Part shown: piece by piece, positions 1-10,313 of the stretch
Layout: every line of letters starts with the position of its first letter
Position numbering within the stretch: position 1 is the first letter of the stretch
Source of the DNA: Planctomycetota bacterium
Lineage (GTDB): Bacteria > Planctomycetota > UBA1135 > UBA2386
Reading direction: 5' to 3'
NCBI GenBank assembly: GCA_965223545.1
Contig: OZ245006.1
Location: forward strand, 5,632,001-5,696,000
Length of the DNA: 64,000 nt
Notes under the pieces: generated by a model
Told to the model about the DNA's origin: nothing
The model's database searches: none
What the model saw: only the letters and a program-made list of their open reading frames with translations
Made by a program: the position numbers and the translations under genes

Positions 1-1368
1 TGCGCCGCTGGCGCCGGCCTCCCGCTCCTGCCGGAACGAGCGGCCGTGGCGCGGCGGGCTTCTCCCGCGCGCGGCCCGCACTTCGCGCCGCGGGCGAAGC
101 GGCTGATCTACCTGTTTCAGAGCGGCGGCCCGTCACAGCAGGAGCTGTTCGACTACAAGCCGCTGCTGGCGGCGCGGCACGGTGAGGAGCTGCCGCCCAG
201 CGTGCGCGGTGACCAGCGGTTGACGACGATGTCGTCCAACCAAGCCGGGTTTCCGCTGGCGCGATCGGTCTACGAGTTCGCGCGAGCCGGCAGCAGCGGG
301 GCCTGGGTCAGCGAGCTCCTACCGCACACGGCGGCGATCGCCGACAAGCTGTGTTTCGTGCGCTCGCTACAGACGGAGGCGATCAACCACGACCCGGCGA
401 TCACGTTCTGCCAGACCGGCGCGCAGCAGGCCGGGCGGCCGAGTCTGGGCAGCTGGTTGGACTACGGGTTGGGCGCGGAGACCGCCGACCTGCCGGGGTT
501 CGTCGTCCTGATCTCCAAGAACAAGGGTGGCCAGCCGTTGTACGCACGCCTGTGGGGCAGCGGTTTCCTGCCGACGCAGCATCAGGGCGTGCAGCTGCGC
601 GCCGCGGCCGACCCGGTGCTGTACCTCAACGACCCGGCCGGGATGTCGCGCCGCCAGCGCCGGGCGATGCTGCGGCGGCTGACGCAGCTGATGCGGGAGG
701 ATGCGGCCCGGCGCGGCGACCCGACCGTCGAGAGCCGCCTGCGCAGCTTCGACCTGGCCTACCGCATGCAGGTTGCGGTGCCGGCTGCCACCGACCTGAG
801 TGCGGAGCCGGAGTCGACGTTCCGGCTGTACGGCGACGGGGCGCGCGACCCCGGTTCGTACGCCGCCAACTGCCTGTTGGCACGCCGGCTGATCGAACGA
901 GGCGTGCGCTGCGTGCAGCTCTACCACCAAGGCTGGGACCAGCACGGCTCACTGCCGGCGGCGCTGCCGCGACAATGCCGCGAGACCGACCGCGCGTCGG
1001 CCGCGTTGGTGCTCGATCTCGAGCGGCGTGGTCTGCTCGAGGACACGATCGTGCTGTGGGGTGGTGAGTTCGGGCGCACGAGCTATTGCCAGGGCAAGCT
1101 GGGACCGACCACGTACGGTCGCGACCACCATCCGCGCTGCTTCACCGTCTGGTTGGCCGGCGGCGGCTTTCGCGCGGGCGTCACCTGGGGGGAGACCTGC
1201 GAGTTCGGCTACAACGTCGTTGCCGATCCCGTGCACGTGCACGATCTGCACGCGACCCTGCTCTATCAGCTCGGCTTTCACCACAAGCACTTGACGTACG
1301 CGCACCAGGGGCGCGAGTACCGTCTGACCGACGTGCACGGCCGGGTCGTGCGCGGATTGCTGGCTTAG
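1..1368 (+). CDS. DUF1501 domain-containing protein (sulfatase-like superfamily), 5'-truncated by the window edge
   Basis: Motifs AKRLIYLFQSGGPSQ, HDPA, GWDQH, WGGEFGRT, RDHH and YRLTDVHG. The frame is open from base 1. Confidence 0.9.
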   Translation, partial: CAAGAGLPLLPERAAVARRASPARGPHFAPRAKRLIYLFQSGGPSQQELFDYKPLLAARHGEELPPSVRGDQRLTTMSSNQAGFPLARSVYEFARAGSSGAWVSELLPHTAAIADKLCFVRSLQTEAINHDPAITFCQTGAQQAGRPSLGSWLDYGLGAETADLPGFVVLISKNKGGQPLYARLWGSGFLPTQHQGVQLRAAADPVLYLNDPAGMSRRQRRAMLRRLTQLMREDAARRGDPTVESRLRSFDLAYRMQVAVPAATDLSAEPESTFRLYGDGARDPGSYAANCLLARRLIERGVRCVQLYHQGWDQHGSLPAALPRQCRETDRASAALVLDLERRGLLEDTIVLWGGEFGRTSYCQGKLGPTTYGRDHHPRCFTVWLAGGGFRAGVTWGETCEFGYNVVADPVHVHDLHATLLYQLGFHHKHLTYAHQGREYRLTDVHGRVVRGLLA

Positions 1369-2657
1369 AACTGCAGCCAGGCCTGGTTCGCCAAGTAGAG
1401 GCGGCTGGCGGTCGCGTCGAGACCGATGCCCTGCAACACCAGCGACAAGCCGGGAGGCGCGCCGATGGTCGCGCTGAACGTGCTCGGCAGGACGGCGACC
1501 GGCGTCGGCAGGGGCGACAAGCTCGCCGGGTCGACCAGCAGCCCGCCGAAGGGCAGGCGCAGGACGCTCTCGCCGAAGGCGAGCAGGGCGGCCCCGAAGA
1601 ATCCCGTCGGGCCAGTCACCGTGGTGGTCACCAGGCCCGTGACCGGGTCGCGGGTGACCTGGAGGCGGACCACCGCCAGCTCGTAGGCGCCGATGTCCGG
1701 CGCCCGCACGCCGTCCTGGTCGGAGTCGATCGAGCCCGGGTTGCCATCGGGATCCATGCGATACGGAACACTGGGTACGCCGAGGTCGATGGCCGGGCTG
1801 CTGGGCTGCAGGCGCAGATCGCCGCCCTGGCGGTTGACGAACTGCGGTGCAAACGAGTGGTTGCCGGGTGGTGCCCCGCTGAACGAGCCCGCCCACGGGA
1901 CCGCGCAGTTGAACACGTTGTTGGCGGTGAAGTTGAGGTTGCTGCTGGCGCCGCCGCGCGCGATGCCGTCGCGCATGGCGACGATCAGGTTGTTCTCGAT
2001 GCGCGAGCTCTGCGCGTCGCTCAAGATGCCCACGAAGTTCGTGCCACCGATCACGCCGGCGATGGTGTTGTTGAAGATCCGGTTCGGGCCGGTGTCCTCG
2101 AACTCGTTGATGGCGTCGTTGGCGAGATTCTGGAACGTGTTGTTGTGGATCGAGAAGCCGCTGACGTCCGGTGCCGAATCCCAAAGCACGATGCCGCGGT
2201 TGACGCCGTCGAACCGGCACCGGTCGATCTCGAAGTTGGTCGGGCTGCCGTTGGTCTCGATGACCCGCGTCCACCAGCCGGCCGTGTCGCTGTTGCGGAA
2301 CTCGAGGTTGGTCACACGGCCGCCGCTCGCCAGCGTTCCGATTTCGAATGCCGAGTTCGTGCTTCCGGCGAGGTCGACGACTACGGAGTCGATGCCGCGT
2401 ACGGTGATCCCGGTGTGGGCCACCGTCGTGCCGAGACCGATGGGCAGAGACTCGTTGGTGGCGCTGGGCCCGTAGGTCCCCGGCAGGATCACCACCGTGG
2501 CGCCGACGCTGGCGAGCGCGATGCCTGCCGTGATCGAGCGGACCGGCGCGGTCGGGGTGCCGGGGTTGCTGTCGTTGCCGTTGGTGGCGTCGACGAAGAT
2601 GTTCTGCGCGGGCGCGCAAGTCAGCGTGCACGCGACGGCGAGGAGCAGGAGACGCAT
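1365..2657 (-). CDS. Secreted right-handed beta-helix (DUF1565/pectin-lyase-like) protein with a C-terminal beta domain
   Basis: Signal peptide; IFVDATNGNDSNPGT..P start; PGTY; Asn-rich IxNNT repeats; DLRLQPSSPAIDLG...PDIGAYE motif. Confidence 0.8.
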   Translation of the reverse strand: MRLLLLAVACTLTCAPAQNIFVDATNGNDSNPGTPTAPVRSITAGIALASVGATVVILPGTYGPSATNESLPIGLGTTVAHTGITVRGIDSVVVDLAGSTNSAFEIGTLASGGRVTNLEFRNSDTAGWWTRVIETNGSPTNFEIDRCRFDGVNRGIVLWDSAPDVSGFSIHNNTFQNLANDAINEFEDTGPNRIFNNTIAGVIGGTNFVGILSDAQSSRIENNLIVAMRDGIARGGASSNLNFTANNVFNCAVPWAGSFSGAPPGNHSFAPQFVNRQGGDLRLQPSSPAIDLGVPSVPYRMDPDGNPGSIDSDQDGVRAPDIGAYELAVVRLQVTRDPVTGLVTTTVTGPTGFFGAALLAFGESVLRLPFGGLLVDPASLSPLPTPVAVLPSTFSATIGAPPGLSLVLQGIGLDATASRLYLANQAWLQF

Positions 2658-2855
2658 GGTGACCTCCGGTCAGACGTCTCATCATGGCGTCCTGGACCGG
2701 GGTTGGGAACGCCCTCGAGTCCCCCGCGGGCGGGGAGAGCGCCGCGGCGCGACGGTAGATTTGCGCAAGGCGCGCCAATCCATCAAGATCCCGAGCAACC
2801 GAGCTCGGCTCGATGACCAGAGGCCAGCAACGAGGAGCAGCAGATGGGTGGACGC

Positions 2856-3182
2856 ATGTCGAGCCGCGACCGGATCGCGCGCTTGCGCGAGGAGGCGGAG
2901 ATTGCCCAGCGGGAGCGCGACGAGGCCAAGCAGCGGCGTGAGGCCGAGCGGGCGACGGCTGCGCCGACCCGGCGCCGCCCGCCGGCGGCCAGCCAGTCCA
3001 GCGGCCGGACCAAGGTGGTGTGGACCCTCTGCGATTCCGCCGGCCGCAGTCTGCACCGCTACGCCTACCGAGATGAGGCCGTGGCCCGCGCCGAGGCGGA
3101 GCGGCTCAGCGACGAGACCGGCAAGACCCATTTCGTCAAGAAGGAAGACATTCCGTTCGACGTCGAGCCCGGCCCCGTGTGA
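2856..3182 (+). CDS. Hypothetical protein (charged N-terminal helix plus KVVW...HFV domain)
   Basis: Natural protein composition and codon usage; lies directly upstream of the helicase. Alternative start at 2844. Confidence 0.65.
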   Translation: MSSRDRIARLREEAEIAQRERDEAKQRREAERATAAPTRRRPPAASQSSGRTKVVWTLCDSAGRSLHRYAYRDEAVARAEAERLSDETGKTHFVKKEDIPFDVEPGPV

Positions 3183-3298
3183 CGCCGGCGGCGCGCCCCA
3201 CGTCCTGCGTCGCGGCGCTGGAACTCGACCGCCGGTCCGGATACGACGGGAGCGTGGCGGTCGAGGCCGTCGCTTGGCCTTGCCCTCCCGGCCCTTCG

Positions 3299-4447
3299 AT
3301 GCCCGATACCTTTGCCGCGCTCGGTTTGTCCGAGCCGATCGTCCGCGCCGTCTCGGCGCGTGATTACCGGACGCCGACGCCGATTCAAAAGAAGGCGATC
3401 CCGCACTTGCTGGAAGGGCGCGACCTGCTCGGCATCGCGCAAACCGGCACCGGCAAGACGGCGGCCTTCACGCTGCCACTGCTGCAGCGTTTGGTGGAGG
3501 CGCAGCAGCGTGCCTACGCGCGGCGGCCGCGATCGTTGGTGTTGACGCCGACCCGTGAGCTCGCGCTGCAGGTCGGCGAGAGCGTGCGCGCCTATGGTGC
3601 GGGCGTGCGGGTGAGGGCCGCGGTGATCTACGGCGGAGTCGGGCAGCGGCCGCAGGTCGAGCAGCTGCGGCGCGGGGTGGCGGTCTTGGTGGCCACTCCA
3701 GGGCGACTGCTCGATTTGCTGCAGCAGGGCCACGTCGCGCTCAGCAAGGTCGAGATCCTGGTCTTGGACGAGGCCGACCGGATGCTGGACATGGGCTTCG
3801 TGCACGACGTGCGGCGCATCATCAAGGAGCTGCCGCGCGAGCGGCAGTCACTGTTGTTCTCGGCCACCATGCCGCCCGACGTCGTCGCGCTGACGCGCGC
3901 CATCCTGCGCGATCCGGTGCGCGTGGAGGTCGCGCCACCGGCGACCACCGTCGAGCGCGTCGAGCAGAGTGTCTACTTGGTCGAGAAGCCCGACAAGCGG
4001 CCCTTGCTCACACACGTGCTCGGCGATCCGCGGATGCTGCGCACGCTGGTGTTCACCAGGACCAAGCACGGCGCCGACCGCGTCGCCCGTCATCTGCAGC
4101 GGCATGGCATCGGCGCGGTGGCGTTGCACGGCGACAAGTCCCAGGGCGCGCGCGTGCGGGCGCTCGAGGCGTTCCGCTCCGGTGAGATGCGGGTCTTGGT
4201 GGCCACCGACATCGCCGCCCGGGGTATCGACGTCAAGGACGTCACCCACGTGGTCAACTTCGACCTGCCGCACGTCGCCGAGACCTACGTGCATCGCATC
4301 GGCCGCACGGCGCGCGCCAGTCGGTCGGGGGTCGCGCTGTCGTTCTGCGACACCGCGGAGCGGCCGCTGCTGCGTGCCATCGAGAAGGTGACGCGGCAGC
4401 GGCTTGCGGTGGTCGCGGACCACCCGCACAAGTCGGGCCAGTCGTAG
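3299..4447 (+). CDS. rhlE: DEAD-box RNA helicase, RhlE-like, short C-terminus
   Basis: Q motif TPIQ, AQTGTGKT, PTRELA, TPGRLLD, DEAD, SAT, ARGID, HRIGRTAR. ATG at 3299 chosen. Confidence 0.9.
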   Translation: MPDTFAALGLSEPIVRAVSARDYRTPTPIQKKAIPHLLEGRDLLGIAQTGTGKTAAFTLPLLQRLVEAQQRAYARRPRSLVLTPTRELALQVGESVRAYGAGVRVRAAVIYGGVGQRPQVEQLRRGVAVLVATPGRLLDLLQQGHVALSKVEILVLDEADRMLDMGFVHDVRRIIKELPRERQSLLFSATMPPDVVALTRAILRDPVRVEVAPPATTVERVEQSVYLVEKPDKRPLLTHVLGDPRMLRTLVFTRTKHGADRVARHLQRHGIGAVALHGDKSQGARVRALEAFRSGEMRVLVATDIAARGIDVKDVTHVVNFDLPHVAETYVHRIGRTARASRSGVALSFCDTAERPLLRAIEKVTRQRLAVVADHPHKSGQS

Positions 4448-4449
4448 CG

Positions 4450-7400
4450 CTACTGCGCGACCACGTGCATGACGCCGTTCATGATGCGCCAGTGACCCGG
4501 GAACGTGCAGATGTAGGGGTAGTCGCCCGGCTGCGGGGCGATGAAGTCGAGCACCGCGGTTTGGCCGAAGTTGACCAGCTTGGTGGTCCACAGCACTAGA
4601 TCGGTCTCCGGCACGAAGTGCTTGGCAAAGCCGTTGGGGTCGGCGGCCATCTCGTCGGCTTTGGCACCGATCGTCTCCAGGCTGCCGGGCTTGGCGACGA
4701 GCAGGTTGTGCGGCATCGCGTCCTTGTTCTCGAAGATGATCTTCACCGGTTTGCCGGCGACGACCGTGAACTCCTCGATGTCCCAGCGCATCACCGCCGG
4801 GACCGCGCCCATGCGGATGACCTGGAGGTCGAGGTTCTCCAGCGAGTCGAGCATTGCTGCGGCCTCTGCCGCGTCGAGCGCGCCGGCCAGAGCGCGGCCG
4901 AGCTGCACGGTGCGTGCAAAGGCCTCACCGTCGCGTTGGGCAAACGGCGTCTCCGCCGCGAGCGTCGGCAGCGCGCGCGCCAGCTCCTGTGCCGCAGGCG
5001 TCGGCCAGTCCTCGGCCGGGATCCTCAGCATCGCTTCGATCGCGACGTCGCGGTGGTCGCCATCGCGGATCAGCGCGGCAAATGTGGTGAAGCGCTCCTT
5101 CGGGTGCGCGCGCAGTTGGCCCAGCGCCGCGACCGCCAACTGCTGCAGGTCGGCACCGCGCGGCAAGAACAGCGCGTCGGCGGGGATCTCCTCCTTGCCG
5201 AAGCCCGGACCTTGCCAGGACACGCGGAGCGTGTCGCTGCCACCGTTCTCGAAATAGGTGACCAGCAAGTCGTGCGCGCCGGCGCCCAGCTCGATGCTGC
5301 CTGCCTTCTCCAAGGCGCCGTGTAGACCATCGTTGTCGACGACCAACGCGCCATCGATGTAGACGCGCGAACCGTCGTCGGAGTGACTGAAGAACGTGTA
5401 GCGGCCTGCGCCGGGGACCTGCAGGCTGGCGTGGAGCTTGACCGCGAACCGGTCCACATCACCTGGTCCGACGCGGTGGGTCAGAGTGTCGACCTCGCCG
5501 GTGGCCACCGGGGTCATCGCCGCCAGGGTCGGCAGGGCGACGTCCGGAAAGCGGTCGGCCTCGTAGTAGGAGAACGCGACACCGGGCTGGACCGACTGCT
5601 CGTCATCGGCCAACGCGGCGGGAACTTCGTGAACCAGCGCGCGCAGCGCGGGATACAAGGCGTCGCGCAGCGCGGCCTCGGGCACCAGCTCGACGCCGCG
5701 CAGCAGGGCCTCCATGCCGATGCGCGACCGTTGCGCGTTCTGCAGCGCCGCAGCCACGCTGCCGCGTGCGCGGATGCCCGCCGCGCAGGCGGCGGCGCGC
5801 ACGCCGGAAGCCGTGGCCGTGGCGGTCAGTCCGTCGATGGCCGGCAACGCCCCGCCGAGCTCGCCGGTCTCCCACTCGGCGAGCAGGCGAGCCAGGTCGG
5901 CAGTGCTCGAAGTGCCGGGCGGGGCGCTGTCGAGCAGCTCGATCAGCTCTTGCAGTGGCGAGTGGCCGCGGGCCTCGGCCAGACCTTCGAGCCCCTGGTG
6001 GCGAACGGCCACCGGGAGGCCGTCGCGCTCGAGCAGCGCGCGGTGGACCGCTTCCGTTCTCGGCATCGCCAACAGTGCGTCGTTGTCGAGCTTGTCGAGG
6101 ACGTAGCGCACCCCGGCGGGGTTGTCGCGGCAGAAGCCATCACCAGCGGCGATCGCCGCTTGCCAATGGGGCTCGAGGCCGCGCACGGTCTCGGACAGCG
6201 CGTAGCGCAAGAAGCGATCGAGGGGATGCTTGGCCGCCAACAGCGCGATCTCCGCGGCTCGGCCGGACGGCACGAAGCTGCACGTGCGCACCGCTTCGAG
6301 GCGGACGCGGGGGTGCGGGTCCTCGGCGAGCACCGCCAGTCGATCGAGGAGGTCGGGGACCGCCGCGCGCCACGCGCAGAGTACCCGAACGGCCGCGGCC
6401 CGCGCGCGGGGGTCGGGGCTCGACAGGCATCGGTCCAGCCGCGCCGTATCGACGACGTTGTGCTGCTGGTGCAGCCACAGCGCCTCCAAGTGGTGGTGCT
6501 CGTAGTCCGTCGCGTCGGCGCTCGAGCCGTCCGCCCATGCGCGCACCGCGGCGATGACGCGGTCGGTGGGGCGGGCGCTCAGCTCGATCCGCGCGCGATA
6601 GCGGACGCGGTCCTCGCGCGAGGCCAATAGCCGGACGAGGTCCTCGACCCGTGCACCGGCAATCGGTTGCACTGGCGACAGCGGCCTGTCGTTGCAGGTC
6701 ACCCGGTAGACGCGGCCGTGGCTCGCGTCGCGGCTCGGATCGCGCAGGTTGTGCTGCATGTGGCCGATGATCGGGTTCTGCCAATCGAGCACGTAGAGCG
6801 CGCCATCCGCGCCGACCTCCAGGTCGACCGGCCGGAACCGCGGATCCGCCGAGTAGAGGATCGGATCCAATTCGGTGGCGGTGAAGCCGCTGCCCTCGTC
6901 CTGGAAGCGGTATTGGAGAATGCCGCGGAAGCCGATCACGTTGCCGACCAGCCAGTTGCCTTGCAGCTCTGGCGGAAAGTGCGCGCTCGACAGGATCTCG
7001 GTCGCCGGGCACGGTCGCGTGCGCTGCTCGTAGACGCGCGGCGCGCCGCGGTGCTTCAGCGGGAACTCGAGATACGTGGAGAACGAGGCGCCGAAGTACG
7101 GTTGCGCACCCGTGCCGTCGGTGACGAAGTCCTGCCCCCACCGGTCCCAGACGTGGCCGTGCGGGTTGGCGAAACCGTAGGAGGTGTAGATCTCGAAGCG
7201 GTGGGTGCGCGGCTCGTAGCGAAACACCGCGCCGTTGGCGACGCGTTCGACTCCGGTCCATGGCGTCTCGACTTGGGTGTGGTGGAACGTGCCCTCTTGA
7301 AAGTAGAGCGCGCCACCGGGGTCCAAGCAGAAGCTGTTGGCAGTGTGGTGGGTGTCCGCCGAATCGAGGCCGTGCAGAACGCGGGTGCGGACGTCGGCGA

Positions 7401-8754
7401 CGTCGTCGCCGTCGGTGTCGGCCAAGAACCACAGGTCGGGCGCCTGCGCCACGAAGACACCGCCGTATCCGAACTCGAAGCCGGTGGGGTTGTGCAGACC
7501 GTCGGCGAACACGATGCACCGGTCGGCGACGCCGTCGCGGTCCTCGTCGGGCAGGATCAGCAGCTTGTCGTTCATCGGCGCTTTGGGCTGCCAGTGGGGA
7601 TACGTCGGCCAGGCGGCGACCCAGAGCCGGCCGGCGGGATCGACCGCGCACTGCACGGGATTCACCAACTCGGGAAACCGCTCTTCCGAGGCGAACAGCC
7701 CGACGCTCATCCCCTCGTGCACGGTCATCTGCTCGATGGCCTCTTCGCCGCCGAGGTAGGCGTGCCGCCCGTCTTCCAGCTCGCCCGGGATGTTGGTGAC
7801 CACCGGCAAGAACGGCGGCGTGGAGCTGTCGTCGACGGTGTGGTCTCCGCCGCGGGCGCGAGCCCAGATCACTCGGTCGCGCAGCGCCGTCATCGCGTCG
7901 AGCACTTCGAGCTCGCGCAGCAGGACGTCGGCGTTGGTCTGCCCATCGACGAATTCGAGCTTGCCGCGGCCGCCGAAGATCGAGTAGCCGTCCGTCGTCC
8001 GGTAGCGGTGGAACCAGTGCCAGCTCTTGTCGAGCACTGCTGCCCGCAGCGCGTCGATGTCGGCGGCGCTCTCGCCGGCCGCCGTGCCGAACAGAGCCTG
8101 CTCGATGATCTCGGCGAGCCGGTGGTTGCCGGCGCTGTTGAGATGGATGCCGTTGATCGTCATCGGCTCCGCCTGCGCCTCGTAGAGGGCGAGAGTCGGC
8201 GCGAACAAGTCGACGAAGCGCGTGTCGGCCTCGGCGGCGACCGTCCGCATCGCCTCGGTGTAGTCGCGGAGCCGGTCGTTGTTGGCCCGTCCGTCCGGCA
8301 GATTGGGATCGCCCAGGTCTTCGTGCGCGATGGGCGAGAAGAGCACGACGCGCGGCGCGGCCACTCCGTCGTAGCGCTGTTTCGCGACGTGCGCCAGCCA
8401 GTCGGCCAGCGCCTGGCGAAAGGCCGGCAGGCCGGCCGTGCCGGCAAAGGACTCGCCGAAACCGAAGAACGCGAAGACGACGCTGGCGCGTTGCCGGGTC
8501 AGGTGCTCGTCGGGCGTGCCGAAGCCGCTCGAGCGCAGGCGCGTCGTCACTTCGTCGCCGGAGAAGCCCAAGTTGCGGATGACCAGCTGGTGGTTGGGGT
8601 GGCGGGCGTGCAGGCGCGTCTCCAGCCAACCGTCGTGCTGAAAGCGTTCCGCGGTGGTGTTGCCGACCAGGCAGATGCGATCGTCGGGCTGGAGCTGCAG
8701 AGGCCCTTGCGGGACGGTCGCCTGGAGAAGCAGAGTCAGGGCGAGAGTGTGCAT
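4450..8754 (-). CDS. Secreted PVC-type dehydrogenase-like multidomain protein: SGNH-like, beta-propeller, HEAT repeats, PA14, azurin/auracyanin-type cupredoxin
   Basis: RNLGFSGD and INGIHLN (SGNH-like); LFASE..PELVNP and FRPVDLEVGADGALYVLDW (propeller); SDDGSRVYIDG..NDGLHG (PA14); MPHN...YICTFPGHWRIM (type-1 Cu site). Confidence 0.85.
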   Translation of the reverse strand: MHTLALTLLLQATVPQGPLQLQPDDRICLVGNTTAERFQHDGWLETRLHARHPNHQLVIRNLGFSGDEVTTRLRSSGFGTPDEHLTRQRASVVFAFFGFGESFAGTAGLPAFRQALADWLAHVAKQRYDGVAAPRVVLFSPIAHEDLGDPNLPDGRANNDRLRDYTEAMRTVAAEADTRFVDLFAPTLALYEAQAEPMTINGIHLNSAGNHRLAEIIEQALFGTAAGESAADIDALRAAVLDKSWHWFHRYRTTDGYSIFGGRGKLEFVDGQTNADVLLRELEVLDAMTALRDRVIWARARGGDHTVDDSSTPPFLPVVTNIPGELEDGRHAYLGGEEAIEQMTVHEGMSVGLFASEERFPELVNPVQCAVDPAGRLWVAAWPTYPHWQPKAPMNDKLLILPDEDRDGVADRCIVFADGLHNPTGFEFGYGGVFVAQAPDLWFLADTDGDDVADVRTRVLHGLDSADTHHTANSFCLDPGGALYFQEGTFHHTQVETPWTGVERVANGAVFRYEPRTHRFEIYTSYGFANPHGHVWDRWGQDFVTDGTGAQPYFGASFSTYLEFPLKHRGAPRVYEQRTRPCPATEILSSAHFPPELQGNWLVGNVIGFRGILQYRFQDEGSGFTATELDPILYSADPRFRPVDLEVGADGALYVLDWQNPIIGHMQHNLRDPSRDASHGRVYRVTCNDRPLSPVQPIAGARVEDLVRLLASREDRVRYRARIELSARPTDRVIAAVRAWADGSSADATDYEHHHLEALWLHQQHNVVDTARLDRCLSSPDPRARAAAVRVLCAWRAAVPDLLDRLAVLAEDPHPRVRLEAVRTCSFVPSGRAAEIALLAAKHPLDRFLRYALSETVRGLEPHWQAAIAAGDGFCRDNPAGVRYVLDKLDNDALLAMPRTEAVHRALLERDGLPVAVRHQGLEGLAEARGHSPLQELIELLDSAPPGTSSTADLARLLAEWETGELGGALPAIDGLTATATASGVRAAACAAGIRARGSVAAALQNAQRSRIGMEALLRGVELVPEAALRDALYPALRALVHEVPAALADDEQSVQPGVAFSYYEADRFPDVALPTLAAMTPVATGEVDTLTHRVGPGDVDRFAVKLHASLQVPGAGRYTFFSHSDDGSRVYIDGALVVDNDGLHGALEKAGSIELGAGAHDLLVTYFENGGSDTLRVSWQGPGFGKEEIPADALFLPRGADLQQLAVAALGQLRAHPKERFTTFAALIRDGDHRDVAIEAMLRIPAEDWPTPAAQELARALPTLAAETPFAQRDGEAFARTVQLGRALAGALDAAEAAAMLDSLENLDLQVIRMGAVPAVMRWDIEEFTVVAGKPVKIIFENKDAMPHNLLVAKPGSLETIGAKADEMAADPNGFAKHFVPETDLVLWTTKLVNFGQTAVLDFIAPQPGDYPYICTFPGHWRIMNGVMHVVAQ

Positions 8755-8882
8755 GGGAGGCTTCGATCCGGGGCTGCGAGGACAGGGTCGCCGGCGAGGG
8801 CCGGGGACCGAGGGGCGGCGTCGAGGAACTTATCTGCGCCGGGCCCTTGCCTGCACCGCCGACGCGCTGAAAAACTGCGGGC

Positions 8883-10313
8883 TTGCGCGAGTTGGATGCG
8901 GAGTGGTTTCGCCGGCACGCACACGCGGCCGTCGACTGGATCGCCGATTACTTCGAGGGCATCGAGGAGCTGCCCGTGCGGGCGGCCGTACGCCCGGGTG
9001 AGGTCGCCGGCCAACTGCCCGATCGGCCGCCCGGGCAGGGCGAAGACATGGCGGCGATCTTTGCCGACTTCGAGCGGATCGTGTTGCCGGGGATGACCCA
9101 CTGGCAGCACCCGTCGTTCTTCGCCTACTTCCCCGCCAACGCGAGTCCACCGTCGGTGCTCGCCGAGCTGCTCACCGCTGCGCTGGGCGCGCAGTGCATG
9201 CTCTGGCAGACGTCGCCGGCCGCCAGCGAGCTGGAGGATCGCGTGCTGGAGTGGCTCCGGCAGATGCTCGATCTGCCCGGTGGAATGCGCGGCGTGATCC
9301 AGGACTCGGCCAGCAGCGCGACTCTCGTGGCGTTGCTGAGTGCGCGCGAACGCGCCACTGGCGGTCGCGGCAACCGGGACGGCCTCGCGGTGCTCGGTGG
9401 CGAGGGTGCCCGCCTGGCAGTCTACTGTTCTGCCGAGGCGCACTCGTCGGTGGAGAAGGCGGCGCGTGTTGCGGGTTTTGGCAGCGGCGCGCTGCGGCGG
9501 GTCGACACCGATGACGGGTTCGCCATGCGCGCCGACCGGCTTGCCGCCGAGATCGCCGCCGACCGCGCGGCCGGGGTGACCCCGGTGTGCGTGGTGGCGA
9601 CCCTGGGTGCGACCAGCACCGGCGCGCACGACCCGCTGGCCGCGATCGCCGAGGTTTGTCAGGTGCATGGGGTCTGGCTGCACGTCGACGCGGCGTGGGC
9701 GGGGAGCGCGCTGTTGTTGCCGGAGGAGCGCGGAATCGCCGCCGGTGTCGCCGGCGTCGATTCGTTCGTCTTCAACCCGCACAAGTGGCTGCTGACCAAC
9801 TTCGATTGCTCGGCGTACTTCGTGCGCGATCCCGCCGCGTTGGAGCGGGCGCTCGCCCTCGTGCCGGCCTATCTGGAGACGCCCGGTGCAAAGGTCACCG
9901 ACTACCAGAACTGGAGCGTGCCGCTCGGCCGTCGGTTTCGGGCGTTGAAGCTCTGGTTCGTGATCCGCAGCTACGGCGTCGACGGCTTGCGCGCGATCCT
10001 GCGGCGACACATCGAGTGGGCGCGCGAGCTCGAGCGCGACATCGCCGCGCATCCCGACTTCGAGCTGGTGGCGCCGCGCTCGCTCGCACTCCTGGTGTTC
10101 CGCTACGTATCTCCGGGCAAGTCGGTGCCCGCGATCGACGCGCAGAACGCCGCGCTGGTCGAGCGCATCAACGATGGCGGTGCCGCGTACCTGACCGCGA
10201 CGCGCGTGCGCGGCCGGATCGCGATTCGCCTTGCCATTGGTCAATTGCGCACGACGCGCGCGCACGTGCGCGCTGCATGGCATGCGCTCTGCGCCGCTGC
10301 GGAATCCGGGTAG
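8883..10313 (+). CDS. PLP-dependent group II decarboxylase (aromatic-L-amino-acid decarboxylase family)
   Basis: PGMTHWQHPSFFAYFP, SPAASELE, HVDAAWAG, PLP-lysine motif NPHKW, GRRFRALKLW. Confidence 0.9.
   Translation: MRELDAEWFRRHAHAAVDWIADYFEGIEELPVRAAVRPGEVAGQLPDRPPGQGEDMAAIFADFERIVLPGMTHWQHPSFFAYFPANASPPSVLAELLTAALGAQCMLWQTSPAASELEDRVLEWLRQMLDLPGGMRGVIQDSASSATLVALLSARERATGGRGNRDGLAVLGGEGARLAVYCSAEAHSSVEKAARVAGFGSGALRRVDTDDGFAMRADRLAAEIAADRAAGVTPVCVVATLGATSTGAHDPLAAIAEVCQVHGVWLHVDAAWAGSALLLPEERGIAAGVAGVDSFVFNPHKWLLTNFDCSAYFVRDPAALERALALVPAYLETPGAKVTDYQNWSVPLGRRFRALKLWFVIRSYGVDGLRAILRRHIEWARELERDIAAHPDFELVAPRSLALLVFRYVSPGKSVPAIDAQNAALVERINDGGAAYLTATRVRGRIAIRLAIGQLRTTRAHVRAAWHALCAAAESG

Noticed and set aside
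949..2816. Long overlapping ORFs 949-2778 (-) and 1086-2816 (+), and many similar ones across the window (e.g. 6140-8629, 6667-9096, 10421-12793, 28399-31422, 47777-50377)
   Set aside because: Arg/Ala/Pro-rich shadow frames expected at this GC content; they overlap genes with clear motifs.
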